Assembly (NCBI GenBank): GCA_035281385.1
Contig: DATEDZ010000021.1
Span: 2,047 to 66,046, forward strand
Source of the DNA: Polyangiaceae bacterium
Lineage (GTDB): Bacteria > Myxococcota_A > Polyangia > Polyangiales > Polyangiaceae
DNA length: 64,000 bases
Reading direction: 5' to 3'
Made by a program: the position numbers and the translations under genes. The notes under the pieces are model-generated. The model saw only the letters and a program-made list of their open reading frames with translations. It had not been told where the DNA came from and did not search any database. Below, piece by piece: positions 35,925 to 45,798 of this stretch; position 1 is the stretch's first letter; each line of letters begins with the position of its first letter.

Positions 35925-36620
35925 TTATCCGTCGGCGCCGCGCAGCCGCTTGCTGAGCCGCGCGATGGCGCGCGTGTGGATGCGGCTCGCCCACGATTTA
36001 TGCATCGAGAGGGCCGCGGCGATCTCATCCATGCGCTGGCCTTCGAAGTAGTAGCGGCGCACGATCTCGCGCTCGTCGTCGAAGAGCTCGTCGACCGCGC
36101 CGGCCACGAGCTTCACCAGCTCGGCCTGGCCCAAAGCTTCCTCGGCGTTGGGCTCGGACGAGACCACATCGCGACCGACCCGGCGCCCCTCGGACACGAA
36201 ACCGAGGCTGGCGGCGGTGGCGACGGCGGCCAAGTGTTCGTCGAAGGAGGCTTCCTTGGCCGCGTCCTCCTTGGGTGCGCGTTCGGCCAGGGTGAAGTCG
36301 GCTTCACCTTCGGAGGTTTGCCGGGCGGCTTCGAGCGCGGCGAGCTTTTGCTGCAGGCGGCGAGTGGGTGACGTCATGGCGCGCACGCCGTCGTACATCG
36401 CACCCCGGACGCGGTAGTTGGCAAAGCCGCGAAAGGGAATGCCGCGCGCGCCGTCGTAGCGACGAGCGGCCTCGAGCAAGCCTTCGCGGCCGTAGGCGAT
36501 GAGGTCGTCGCGTTCGACCTGAAACCCGAGCGCGCGCGAAACTTGGGTCGCGATTCGTTCGACGAGATCGAGCGCGGCATGGAAGCGCTCCAAGACCTCG
36601 GGCGAATCAGCGGCGATCAC
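35925..36620 (-). CDS. FliA/WhiG-like sigma-70 factor
   Basis: DDLIAYGREGLLEAARRYD...RVRGAMYDGVR (region 2); YYFEGQRMDEIA...SWASRIH (region 4). Confidence 0.88.
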   Translation of the reverse strand: MIAADSPEVLERFHAALDLVERIATQVSRALGFQVERDDLIAYGREGLLEAARRYDGARGIPFRGFANYRVRGAMYDGVRAMTSPTRRLQQKLAALEAARQTSEGEADFTLAERAPKEDAAKEASFDEHLAAVATAASLGFVSEGRRVGRDVVSSEPNAEEALGQAELVKLVAGAVDELFDDEREIVRRYYFEGQRMDEIAAALSMHKSWASRIHTRAIARLSKRLRGADG

Positions 36621-36707
36621 GGCCGTACCCTACTTCGATTGCGGGCGGAAATGTCACGCCTCGCATACTGCTCCGCCCTGAACCAGCCGCCCCGCATCTG
36701 CCGTTGC

Positions 36708-36986
36708 TCAGCCTTCGGGCAGGGGGCGACCGGTGAGCTCTTCGAGCTGCTGGCGCAGCATCGGGTCGGTGAGCACGTGCTCCCGCAGTACCTGCCGGAC
36801 CTGTTCCCGCTCCTCCGTACCCAACCGCGGGTCTAGCTTGGCCATCGCCTGCTGCACGCGATCTTCCACGTAGGCCTCCACCGTCCACTCACCACGACGC
36901 ACCTTCTCGAGCGCGGGGCTCACCGGCGCGGAAACGGCCCGTAGCGCGGCTCCACTGCGTTTCGGGGCGTCGGACATCGAATTCAC
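36708..36986 (-). CDS. Small hypothetical protein
   Basis: RBS AGGAG; 92 aa, helical; upstream of the sigma gene. Confidence 0.6.
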   Translation of the reverse strand: MNSMSDAPKRSGAALRAVSAPVSPALEKVRRGEWTVEAYVEDRVQQAMAKLDPRLGTEEREQVRQVLREHVLTDPMLRQQLEELTGRPLPEG

Positions 36987-37013
36987 TCTACTCCTGCCTG
37001 GACCTGCCTGCCA

Positions 37014-37688
37014 CTAGTCTACGCGGATGGGAATGTGGCGGCGCACCGGCGCTGCCTTGACGACCTTGGGAGCGGTCGTCGAAAAGCTCTGCTCGAACAG
37101 TACTACGGCATCGCGCCCGGCGAGGTCGTAGGTTCGTGAAGGGCTCACTGGCTTCAAGCCTGCCTGGGCTGCCGTGTCGAGCGCAACCTCAACCTTCCCT
37201 TCGCCGGCTGCGCGTCGCAGCATCACATGGGCGGTGCCGTCGTCGTCGGTGGTGGCGACGGGTTTGCCGTCAATGAGCACCGGTAGTCGTGATCCACGTT
37301 CTGCTTTAACGACAACCACAACGTCGCGATGGGTCGGTGAGCACCGCACTTCAGCCGTGAGCGCCTGGGACTTCGAAGGGCTGATGCTCTTGGTTCGCGC
37401 CAGTCGGAGCGCCGGTAGCTCTGACTGCGGATCCGAGCCTGCAGGACACTTGGCGCCGACGCGAATGAGTGTTCCTTCAGCACCTGTGACATCACGAAGC
37501 AGACGGCCGTCGGCACCCGTGGTACCTGCTGCTTTGCCGTTGATAGAGAGCTCGACGCCGGCAAGCGGAGCGCCATCGCTCGCCGAGGCACGCAGCTCGA
37601 CCCGGTACGGCTCGGGCGGCAGCTTCTTGGTGGCGCAGGCCGAGCTGGCGAGCGCCAGCAGGGAGAGGAGGAGGCGAGTGGCTTTCAT
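37014..37688 (-). CDS. Lipoprotein with tandem beta-sandwich domains
   Basis: Lipobox ASSAC; GAPLAGVELSING...TTGADG and VLIDG...TTDDDG repeats. Confidence 0.75.
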   Translation of the reverse strand: MKATRLLLSLLALASSACATKKLPPEPYRVELRASASDGAPLAGVELSINGKAAGTTGADGRLLRDVTGAEGTLIRVGAKCPAGSDPQSELPALRLARTKSISPSKSQALTAEVRCSPTHRDVVVVVKAERGSRLPVLIDGKPVATTDDDGTAHVMLRRAAGEGKVEVALDTAAQAGLKPVSPSRTYDLAGRDAVVLFEQSFSTTAPKVVKAAPVRRHIPIRVD

Positions 37689-39085
37689 TTAAGTATCTCA
37701 GGGCAGAGCGTGGGCGAACCGGACGCACATGAGGTCGCTCGGCGCGACAGCAGCGCAGCCGTCCTCGCATAGACTTCCCCGCCGGTCGGGCGCGCTGCGA
37801 GCGCCGAGTAAGCCTGCGAAGCCTCCGAGATTCTACCTGCTGCCAGGTGGCCCACAGCGGAGGCGAGCTCCGGGTCGTGTGGGCCCTTCGTGGTTTTGGC
37901 AGGTGGCTTGGTGTCAGCGGGCAGCGGTACGGCGACCATCGCTGGCGGTGCGGGCAGCGGTGGAACGGCCGGGGCGCTTGCGGCTGGTTTGCTCAATGCT
38001 GGTTGGCTCGCCGAGGAAGTCGGCGGCACTGGCGCTCGCTTCGGCTCGGCAACGCGCGTCGCCCCCACCAGAGCGAATGATAAAATCATCGCACCTATGG
38101 CCGCGCCGCCGATCGCGAGTACGGGGCGCTGCTTGGTGAGCGCTCCCACCTGGGTCAGTAGGTTGTTCAAACCAAGTGGCGGCTTTGTCGATACCGCCTT
38201 CCCGGCCTGTCGCGGACCCTGGGGCGTGGCGTTGATCACGACCGTGCGCGGATCGATGCTCTCGTTTCGAGGCGCGGGTGGCGCCACGGCCGCCACGTCG
38301 AACGACGTCGTCTCCTGGTTCGCCAGAGTAGCGCCAGCTGCCTGCGGCGCTTCTGCGCGCGTTGACGCTGCGCCCACCGCTCGAATCTCGAGTGCCGGCA
38401 CCCGTCCGGCCGAAGGCGGCGGGGCGGTCATCGGGGTAAGTCGCTGAGTTTGCTGCGGCTCGACGGGCACTGCCGCGCGACCCTGCGGGAACATGGGTTG
38501 CAACCGCTCCGTCATCTGCGGAAACTGGAGGGGCTGCGGCCGAACCGGCGCAAGCCTTTCGGTTTGCTGAGGGCCGAGACCCAGAGGTGCTCGTTGCACC
38601 GGTATCTGTTGGGTGGGGACGTTTGCAAGCGGATCGGGAACGAAGGGTTTCATGGCAACGGCCGTGGGTGCGGTGTCGGTCGGGATGGTGGCGGCGTAGT
38701 CGAGGGGAAGAGGGCGTGGAGCGCTGCTGGAACGATTGGTGGCGTTGGCTTCATCTTCGTGGTGAAGCACCTTCAGCTCGAGCTCGAGCGTTCCAAGTGC
38801 AACCAGGGCGCGACCAACGAGCGGAACGGCACCGGAGGCCGGCGCCCCATTCACGCGCAACCGCCTGCCGCGATAGGCGGGCACCAGGCAAGCTACGTCA
38901 GCGACACGCTCGATGTGAAACTCGACAGCCGCCACTCCAGGGTGGTCAAGCCGTAAGTCGGCCTGTCGCGACGAGCCAACCACGAACGCGCGCTCGTCCG
39001 AGTCGAGCTCGAACACGTGGTGAACGCCCGCGCCCGAAAGCTCGACGAATAGCGGGGCCAGCTGCGCGGCTTCAGCTTGCGGCAT
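37685..39085 (-). CDS. FHA-like domain membrane protein with Pro/Thr-rich linker
   Basis: FVVGSSRQADLRLDHPGV...LRVNG; repeated TQ/TER motifs; single TM. Confidence 0.7.
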   Translation of the reverse strand: MPQAEAAQLAPLFVELSGAGVHHVFELDSDERAFVVGSSRQADLRLDHPGVAAVEFHIERVADVACLVPAYRGRRLRVNGAPASGAVPLVGRALVALGTLELELKVLHHEDEANATNRSSSAPRPLPLDYAATIPTDTAPTAVAMKPFVPDPLANVPTQQIPVQRAPLGLGPQQTERLAPVRPQPLQFPQMTERLQPMFPQGRAAVPVEPQQTQRLTPMTAPPPSAGRVPALEIRAVGAASTRAEAPQAAGATLANQETTSFDVAAVAPPAPRNESIDPRTVVINATPQGPRQAGKAVSTKPPLGLNNLLTQVGALTKQRPVLAIGGAAIGAMILSFALVGATRVAEPKRAPVPPTSSASQPALSKPAASAPAVPPLPAPPAMVAVPLPADTKPPAKTTKGPHDPELASAVGHLAAGRISEASQAYSALAARPTGGEVYARTAALLSRRATSCASGSPTLCPEILK

Positions 39086-40208
39086 GGCGAGCCCCCTCGC
39101 GCGCGGCGCGCGCGTTGTCATGCACCCCGACCGGCAAATCCAGCCCTTGGGCGTGGAGCAGCGGCAAACAACCGGGCAAAACGCCGGTCGGTAGCAGCTC
39201 GCACGGGATGCGCCCATCCGGCTGGCGCGGCCCCGGCATGCTGACAAAAATGTCTTTGATGGCGTAGCCGCGCTGTGGGTCGGCACCCGCCACCTCCGTG
39301 ATGTGGGTCACGAGGCGTCGCCCGTCGCGCAAACGAGCCGTCTGCACCACGATGTCGACCGCTGAGGCGAGCTGGGCGCGCAGCGCGAACAGCGGCAGCT
39401 CGACCCCGCCCATCAGCGCCAGCGTCTCGAGCCGGTTCAACGTGTCAATCGGGTAGGTCGCGTGCACCGTGGCCAAGCAGCCACCGTGACCGCTCGTCAT
39501 CGCCTGAATCAGATCGAGCGCCTCACCACCACGAATCTCGCCAAGCACGATGCGATCAGGCCTCATACGGAGGCTCGCCTTGAACAAGTCACGGATCGTC
39601 ACCGCGCCCTTGCCTTGCGCGTCCGCCGGGCGCGTCTCGAACTGCACCACGTGCTCGCGCTGCAGCTGCAGCTCGCGCGCGTCCTCGATCACGATGACCC
39701 GCTCGTCATCGGGGATGAACGACGACAGAGCGTTGAGCAGCGAAGTCTTGCCCGACCCGGTTCCGCCCGCGACCACCACGTTCTGCTTGCCCTCAATCAG
39801 GACTCGCAGCGTCTCGGCAGCGTCGGGCGTGAGCGCACCCAGGTCGAGTAGCCGCTGTAGCGTCAGCTTGTCTTTGGAGAACCGCCGAATCGCGACCGAC
39901 GGCCCGTCTTGCGCGATGGGAGGCAACAAAGCCTCGACACGCGACCCATCCGGAAGCCGAGCCTCCAGGATCGGCTGCGCTTCGTCGAAGCCCCGCCCCA
40001 CGAACTGAGCCACCACCCTGAGCGCCGAAACCAGCGCATCCGTCGACTCGAACCGCGCCTCGGTGCGCACCAGCTTGCCTCGACGCTCGACGAATACCTC
40101 CGAAGCACCGTTGATCATCACCTCGGTGACCGAGTCGTCGTCGAGTAGCGGCAGCACCGGCGCCAAGAAGCCGCGCAGTGTCGATTCGTAGACGTCGCGC
40201 GGAATCAT
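39072..40208 (-). CDS. cpaF: Tad secretion ATPase CpaF/TadA (second copy)
   Basis: EVMING, ARLPDGSRV, GGTGSGKT, IEDAREL, LRMRPDRIVLGEIRG, TSGHGG. Confidence 0.93.
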   Translation of the reverse strand: MIPRDVYESTLRGFLAPVLPLLDDDSVTEVMINGASEVFVERRGKLVRTEARFESTDALVSALRVVAQFVGRGFDEAQPILEARLPDGSRVEALLPPIAQDGPSVAIRRFSKDKLTLQRLLDLGALTPDAAETLRVLIEGKQNVVVAGGTGSGKTSLLNALSSFIPDDERVIVIEDARELQLQREHVVQFETRPADAQGKGAVTIRDLFKASLRMRPDRIVLGEIRGGEALDLIQAMTSGHGGCLATVHATYPIDTLNRLETLALMGGVELPLFALRAQLASAVDIVVQTARLRDGRRLVTHITEVAGADPQRGYAIKDIFVSMPGPRQPDGRIPCELLPTGVLPGCLPLLHAQGLDLPVGVHDNARAAREGARHAAS

Positions 40209-40837
40209 GGCGTCGCCTCCTGGGACGGCGAAATCGCTCCGGCAATTTCAGCCTCTCGAACGAGTAGCTCGCTCAGCCGCCCGCGCGCTTCTGCCGCATG
40301 CTCTCCACGGGGCGCCAGGTCGAGATAGGCACGCAGGGCCTCAATGGCACCAGCCGCGTCACGCTCCGAAAGCAGCAACGCTCGCAAGAAGTAAGCTCTT
40401 TCGAACCGCGGATTGCGATCCGTCAGGCGACCGAGCTCGGCCAGCGCCTCGTCCGGCTGACCCAACCCCACGTGGATGTTCGCAACCAGAAACCGCAACG
40501 CATCCTGCTGAGGATGCTGACGCAGGTGCGGCTCCGCGTAGTCGAGCGCCGCCCGAAGCCGCGAGCTGCCCAAGCAAACCTTCAGCAGCGCCGGCAGCAC
40601 ACGCTCAGCCGGATATCCCCGGTCCCGCGCCAGCGTGAGGTACTGCTCGGCGCGGACGCTGTCGCCGCGGGCGGCGGCTGCCGTCCCCTGGGTAAATAGC
40701 CATTCGGCTTCGGCCCCTCTGGGGCGCTCAGCCCCCGTTGCGCTTTGGACAACCTGCTGCCCGGAACCGCATGCGGCCAGGGTCAGCACGAGAATCAGCA
40801 GGAATTGCCGCGACATCTGGGGACTCCAACGGAGCAA
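40205..40837 (-). CDS. TPR lipoprotein (TadD-like)
   Basis: Lipobox LAAC; TPR helices; inside the tad operon. Confidence 0.7.
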   Translation of the reverse strand: MLRWSPQMSRQFLLILVLTLAACGSGQQVVQSATGAERPRGAEAEWLFTQGTAAAARGDSVRAEQYLTLARDRGYPAERVLPALLKVCLGSSRLRAALDYAEPHLRQHPQQDALRFLVANIHVGLGQPDEALAELGRLTDRNPRFERAYFLRALLLSERDAAGAIEALRAYLDLAPRGEHAAEARGRLSELLVREAEIAGAISPSQEATP

Positions 40838-40955
40838 TTGGGCTCCGTGAGAGGTATCGACGCGGCAGGGGAACCTGGTGCGTTCTTTCTTCGGGGAAGT
40901 GACTCAGACCGCTGGCCTGCCGGTGCGACGTGGCTGCGCCGACCCGGAGAAGCAC

Positions 40956-41450
40956 CTACAGACCGATGTTGGCCTCGCGAATGGTGCCTGGGCCGCAGAA
41001 TTGTGGACCCTGGTAGGCCTTCCCGACCTCACGAGCGTGCCCGCAGCCCCACCATGAGCTGACCCCATCGAAGGTATGCACCAGCGGAATGTGGGGCCAA
41101 GGGCGCGTGCCCTTCAGACGCGTGTTGTGGGGCGGGCAATCCCAGAACACGATCGTGTGCTCGATGAAGGCGAGCAGCGACGCATCCACGGGCGCGACGA
41201 ACAGGCGGATATCCGAGTTGAGCAACAGGGCACCCATCGCACCCGCTGAGTAGCGCCGACGGAATCCAGTGGCTTTGCCGACGTAGAGGGACGTTGCCTT
41301 CGACTGGAAAGCGTAGACGCATGCCTCGTTGGGAAACCGTCGGCACGCATCTTCGGCGGTGCTGAAGCGCTCCCAGGCGACGGCTATTGATCGTGTGCCC
41401 TCGGGGACGTCATAGCTTCGGATACGTACGGGAGGGTCTCGATAGGTCAT
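40956..41450 (-). CDS. GIY-YIG-like nuclease domain protein
   Basis: CVYAF...LYVGKA...FRRR...IE...PPHN pattern. Confidence 0.5.
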   Translation of the reverse strand: MTYRDPPVRIRSYDVPEGTRSIAVAWERFSTAEDACRRFPNEACVYAFQSKATSLYVGKATGFRRRYSAGAMGALLLNSDIRLFVAPVDASLLAFIEHTIVFWDCPPHNTRLKGTRPWPHIPLVHTFDGVSSWWGCGHAREVGKAYQGPQFCGPGTIREANIGL

Positions 41451-41523
41451 GCACCGGCGAGTCGGTCTTCGGCTCGCATCCCGTCATACGGGTGACCCAG
41501 CGCCTACCTTCCCTCGCTGGACT

Positions 41524-42357
41524 CTAGCGTGACTGTTTGCGCTCAAGCCGATGCCGCTGCTCTTTGAGCCAGGCCCGATAGGGCGTGTCACCGAGCGGCC
41601 CGACCAGGGCGTCCAGGCCGCGAACCGCCGCGATGGTGTCGCGTGGGCGATCCTGGTCGAGGGCGCGGTCGAGGCGGAGGCGCCAGGCGGCCAGGTCCTC
41701 GGCGAGAGTACGCTGAAGCGCTTTCAGCCGTTGTTCGGTGCGGCTCTGGTCAGCCGTTGCGCCAGCAGCCGCAAAGCATGCCTTGGCGACATTGAGGTGC
41801 TCGAGTGCACGCAGGCCTTCGCCTGCGTCGAAAGGGTAGCGCTCGAGCTTGGCTTGTGCGGCATGCTCGTCTTTGCGGGCTTGTTCCAGTGCCGCAGGCG
41901 GCGCCGGCTCTGGACACGGAGCGACCGGAAGCGTCATCGCTGGCGGCTCGACCGAGGTCGACGCGCTCGCGTCTGCGGCGGCGCCACCGCCTTGCCAGCC
42001 GAGGGCGACGAGCGCGACTGCGAGCGCGGCTACGAGCAGGGGGTGAGCGTTGCGCTTTCGTTCGCCGGTGGCGAGGAGGGAGAGGCGAACGCCGTTGACG
42101 AACACTTCGCTGCCCCACGGAACCATCGCCTCTCGAAGCTGAACGCCTTCGAAGACGATGCCACCTTCGACGCTATCGAGCAGCCGAACGCGAACGCCCT
42201 CGGGGAGGACATCGAGCTGGAGATGCTGTGCTTGGAAAACGGCCGAACCCAGCCGAAGCTCCGCGGCTTCGCCGGAGCCGGCGGTGATCGAGCCGAGGGT
42301 GAGCTCATGCTGCTCCGCGGGCGTGCCGGGCGCTTGCACTTCGAGCAAGTAGTTCAT
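41524..42357 (-). CDS. Degenerate FHA-like membrane protein
   Basis: ITAGSGEAAELRL...HLQL; TM; helical C-terminus; TGATG coupling to tadC. Confidence 0.65.
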   Translation of the reverse strand: MNYLLEVQAPGTPAEQHELTLGSITAGSGEAAELRLGSAVFQAQHLQLDVLPEGVRVRLLDSVEGGIVFEGVQLREAMVPWGSEVFVNGVRLSLLATGERKRNAHPLLVAALAVALVALGWQGGGAAADASASTSVEPPAMTLPVAPCPEPAPPAALEQARKDEHAAQAKLERYPFDAGEGLRALEHLNVAKACFAAAGATADQSRTEQRLKALQRTLAEDLAAWRLRLDRALDQDRPRDTIAAVRGLDALVGPLGDTPYRAWLKEQRHRLERKQSR

Positions 42358-43256
42358 CAAAATCCGATTCCTTTCACGACGAAGGGCCCCACGAGCAGCA
42401 GCAGGACGCAGCACACGAGGACAAGCATCGGGGCGACCAAGAGCACGGCGGCGCGGGCAGCCGCTTCTTCGGCAGCGACGCTGCGCTTCATGCTGAGCAT
42501 GCGGCCCTGCACCTGAATGACCTTCGCCAGGGGATTTCCGCGCTGTTCGGCCTGCACGACCGCGTTCACGAAGTCGCGCACGGCGGGGGTTGGCACCCGG
42601 GCCGCGAACGACAGGAGGGCCTCGCGGCGTGTGTGGCCGAGTTCGAGGTGTTCGAGCACGACCTGTAGCTCGCGCGATAGCGCCGAGCGCTGGCCTGCCT
42701 GGGGTGCTGCGACCAGCCGAATGGCGCCAGGGAAGTCGTGGCCTGCGCCCATGCACATCGCGACGACCTCGATGGCGTGCGGCATGCCGCGCGTGATTTC
42801 TTTGCTGCGCGCGCGAATCTGCTCGCGGAGCTGCAGGGTGGGTAGAAGCAGCCCAAACGCGGCTCCGGCTGCGATCAGCAGTGGGGACGTGCCGAGCTGA
42901 GCGCTCAGCACCGCGCCCGCAATGCCCAGCACGACCGCGGACAAGAACGACACCGCCAACACTTCATCGGCCGTCAGGCCCCACGGATGATCCGCGCGGC
43001 GGAGCTCGGCTTCCTTTTCGGCGCGGAGGCGATCGAGGGGGAGCGTGGCCGCAATGCTGGCAAGGAAGCGCATTACTGGCTCGAGAGCGGCGCCCAGGCC
43101 GCCCGTTTCGAGTAGGCGGCGACGTTCAGCGCCGCGGTGGCCAAGCCGGGGACTCGGGGCGACCCGTACGTCGCAGGCCAACAGGGTGATGCCCAGGGCC
43201 GCCAGCAGGGCGAGTGCGAGGGACGTGAAGCGCAACGCCAGAGTGGTGTCCATCAC
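42357..43256 (-). CDS. tadC: Tad inner-membrane platform TadC (T2SS F family)
   Basis: MPHAIEVVAMCMGAG, ELGHTRREAL, QAEQRGNPL, EEAAARA. Confidence 0.88.
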   Translation of the reverse strand: MMDTTLALRFTSLALALLAALGITLLACDVRVAPSPRLGHRGAERRRLLETGGLGAALEPVMRFLASIAATLPLDRLRAEKEAELRRADHPWGLTADEVLAVSFLSAVVLGIAGAVLSAQLGTSPLLIAAGAAFGLLLPTLQLREQIRARSKEITRGMPHAIEVVAMCMGAGHDFPGAIRLVAAPQAGQRSALSRELQVVLEHLELGHTRREALLSFAARVPTPAVRDFVNAVVQAEQRGNPLAKVIQVQGRMLSMKRSVAAEEAAARAAVLLVAPMLVLVCCVLLLLVGPFVVKGIGF

Positions 43257-44113
43257 ACGTCTACCTGCAAGATCTTGTGGGCCATCACCACAGCCACGAG
43301 CCAGAGTGCCGCAGCGGCAGCGATGACGAGGTGCCCCGTGAACGTCGCTAGCAGCGGCTCGAAGAAGTGAGGATCGGTGTGCTGGACGAGGACGATGAGC
43401 GGTAGCGGCACCACGCCGATCACGAACGCCTGCGCCTTGCCCTCGGCGGTCTTGGTGCGGACGACGCCTTCAAGTCGCGCTAGCTCGCGAAGAGCGACAG
43501 CTGCGCTCTCCAGCATTTCGGGCAGATTTCCGCCGCTCTTGCGCGCGACCTTGAGCGCCAACGTCGTTCCAGCCAGCGTCTTCGATGGCACGCGCTGCGC
43601 GAGGTGGTCGAGCGCCCGATCGAGCGGCGTACCCAGCTCGTACTCCTTCACCAGCACGTCGACCTCTTCGGACATGGGCGCGGGGACGAGCGCGATACTC
43701 GATGCGATGGCCTCGCCCAGCGACGGACTGGCGCGAAGCGAGCCTGCCACCGCGTTGAGCCAGGGCTCGATTTGAGCTTCGACTTGCGTGGCCCGCCGAA
43801 GGAGCAAGCGGTCGAGGTGTAGCGTGGGGAGTAGCACCGCGAGCGGTGCGACGGCTGCGACTAGCGGATTCTTCAACACCACGGCTGCGCCCAATGCGCC
43901 TACCGCCACGGCACTTTGGAGAAGAAGCAAAGCTCGTGCAGAAAGGGCGATGCGCAAGAACTTGAGCCTGTTCTCCAGCGTCGTCTCGTAGCGAGTTAGC
44001 GCTACGCGCCCAAGCGAATCGCGCGTGCCAAACAGCTGCCAGCCTGCCAGCGCCAGGCTCAGTACCAGCAGCGCCAACGCTCCTCGGCCGAGCCACAAAG
44101 TGGTCGTGGTCAC
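43253..44113 (-). CDS. tadB: Tad inner-membrane platform TadB
   Basis: GSLRASPSL, PAPMSEE, SGGNLPEML, KTAEGKAQA. Confidence 0.9.
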   Translation of the reverse strand: MTTTTLWLGRGALALLVLSLALAGWQLFGTRDSLGRVALTRYETTLENRLKFLRIALSARALLLLQSAVAVGALGAAVVLKNPLVAAVAPLAVLLPTLHLDRLLLRRATQVEAQIEPWLNAVAGSLRASPSLGEAIASSIALVPAPMSEEVDVLVKEYELGTPLDRALDHLAQRVPSKTLAGTTLALKVARKSGGNLPEMLESAAVALRELARLEGVVRTKTAEGKAQAFVIGVVPLPLIVLVQHTDPHFFEPLLATFTGHLVIAAAAALWLVAVVMAHKILQVDV

Positions 44114-45798
44114 AGGGGCGCCCCGCTTTCAACCAAGCCGTGGGTGAGAAACTCGTCGAGAAACGAAGGCAGGTAGCCGCTCGCCGCGAAGTTGCCATCG
44201 ACCTTCCCGTCAGTCCGGGTGGCGCGCACCTTGAAGGCGAATATCTCTCGCAGTTCGACCTCGCCGTCGTCGTCGATGCCGATCACCTCGGCGATGCTGG
44301 TCACGCGCCGCGAGCCATCAGAGAAACGGGTTTGCTGGACGAAGAGCTGCACGCTCGACGCGATCTGCTGCCGAATCGCGCGCACCGGCAGGTCGAGCCC
44401 GGCCATCAGGCACAGGGTTTCGATGCGGGCGACCGCTTCCTTGGGGCTATTGGCGTGCGTGGTCGTGAGCGAGCCGTCGTGGCCGGTGTTCATCGCCTGC
44501 AGCATGTCGATCGCTTCGGCACCGCGACACTCGCCGACCACGATGCGGTCCGGGCGCATGCGCAGGGCGTTCTTGACCAGGTCGCGAATCGAGTACTCGC
44601 CCTTGCCTTCGAGGTTGGGCGGGCGCGACTCAAGAGAAACGACGTGCGGCTGGGCCAGCTGCAGCTCGGCCGCGTCTTCGACCGACACGATGCGCTCGTG
44701 CTCGGGGATGGCACCCGAAAGCACGTTGAGCAGGGTGGTTTTCCCGCTGCCAGTGCCACCCGAGATGATGATGTTCTTGCGGACTTTGACGGCGCGCTCG
44801 AGAAAGCGCGCCATCTGTGGCGTGAGCGAGCCGAAGCGCTCGAGGTCGGCCATGCGGAGCGGGTCCTTGCTGAACTTACGGATGGTGATGCACGGACCCT
44901 TGAGGGCCAGGGGCGGGATCACGGCGTTCACGCGCGAGCCGTCGCGCAAGCGTGCGTCGACCAGCGGGCTCGACTCGTCGATGCGCCGCCCGAGCGGCGT
45001 GACGATGCGCTCGATGACGGCCCGAACCGCGTCATCATCGGTGAAGCGCAGGCCGGTGAGCCGCATCTTGCCGCTCTCTTCGGCGAAGATGGTGTGGGCA
45101 TCCACGACCATGATTTCGCTGACATCGGCGTCATTGAGCAGCCGCTCGAGCGGTCCGAGCCCGAGCGCTTCATCGGCTAGCTCTTGCACCAGCGCCTCGC
45201 GGCTGGGGTTGTCGAGGCCGCCGAGCTCGACCACGATGCGACGTAGCGCTGCCACGACCTTCGGCCGCATCACTTCGGGGTCCATGGAGCGACGGTCGAG
45301 CGCCTGCAGGTCGAGCTGCTCGAGCAGTCGGCGATGGATGCCGCGTCGGGTATCTACGTCGGTAGCAACCAGCGTTGTGGCGCGTGGTCCTGAATCGGGC
45401 GGCGGCATAGTCGTGGGACGCAGGGGAGTTACGTTGGCCGGCGCTGGTCGCTTGGCGCCTTCGGGTGCAGACGGCGCTGTGCCCCGTTCTGCTTTGGTTT
45501 CCGAAATGCGGACCCGGTAAGGGCCAACGAGCAGCTCCGTGCCTTCGGGGGAAACGACCCGCACCGCCTTGCGGAGCGGCAAACCGTCGACCAGCGTCCC
45601 GTTCGCCGAGGCGTCGGTTACACGCAAGCCGTCGTGGGTACACTCGACGCTGGCGTGGCGGCGCGACACGCGCGACGACGGTAGCTGCACGTCGCAGGTC
45701 TCGTCGCGGCCAATCCAGAGCACGCTCGCCGCGGGGAATGCGAGGGCCTCGACGCCCCGCTCGGTGGTCACCTCGACACGAAGGTTGCGCGTCGTCAC
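44110..45798 (-). CDS. tadA: FHA-fused Tad ATPase
   Basis: N-terminal FHA (IGRDETCD...VSRRHA...SANGTLVDG); GLGPLERLL, GGTGSGKTT, MNTGHDGS. Confidence 0.95.
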   Translation of the reverse strand: MTTRNLRVEVTTERGVEALAFPAASVLWIGRDETCDVQLPSSRVSRRHASVECTHDGLRVTDASANGTLVDGLPLRKAVRVVSPEGTELLVGPYRVRISETKAERGTAPSAPEGAKRPAPANVTPLRPTTMPPPDSGPRATTLVATDVDTRRGIHRRLLEQLDLQALDRRSMDPEVMRPKVVAALRRIVVELGGLDNPSREALVQELADEALGLGPLERLLNDADVSEIMVVDAHTIFAEESGKMRLTGLRFTDDDAVRAVIERIVTPLGRRIDESSPLVDARLRDGSRVNAVIPPLALKGPCITIRKFSKDPLRMADLERFGSLTPQMARFLERAVKVRKNIIISGGTGSGKTTLLNVLSGAIPEHERIVSVEDAAELQLAQPHVVSLESRPPNLEGKGEYSIRDLVKNALRMRPDRIVVGECRGAEAIDMLQAMNTGHDGSLTTTHANSPKEAVARIETLCLMAGLDLPVRAIRQQIASSVQLFVQQTRFSDGSRRVTSIAEVIGIDDDGEVELREIFAFKVRATRTDGKVDGNFAASGYLPSFLDEFLTHGLVESGAPL

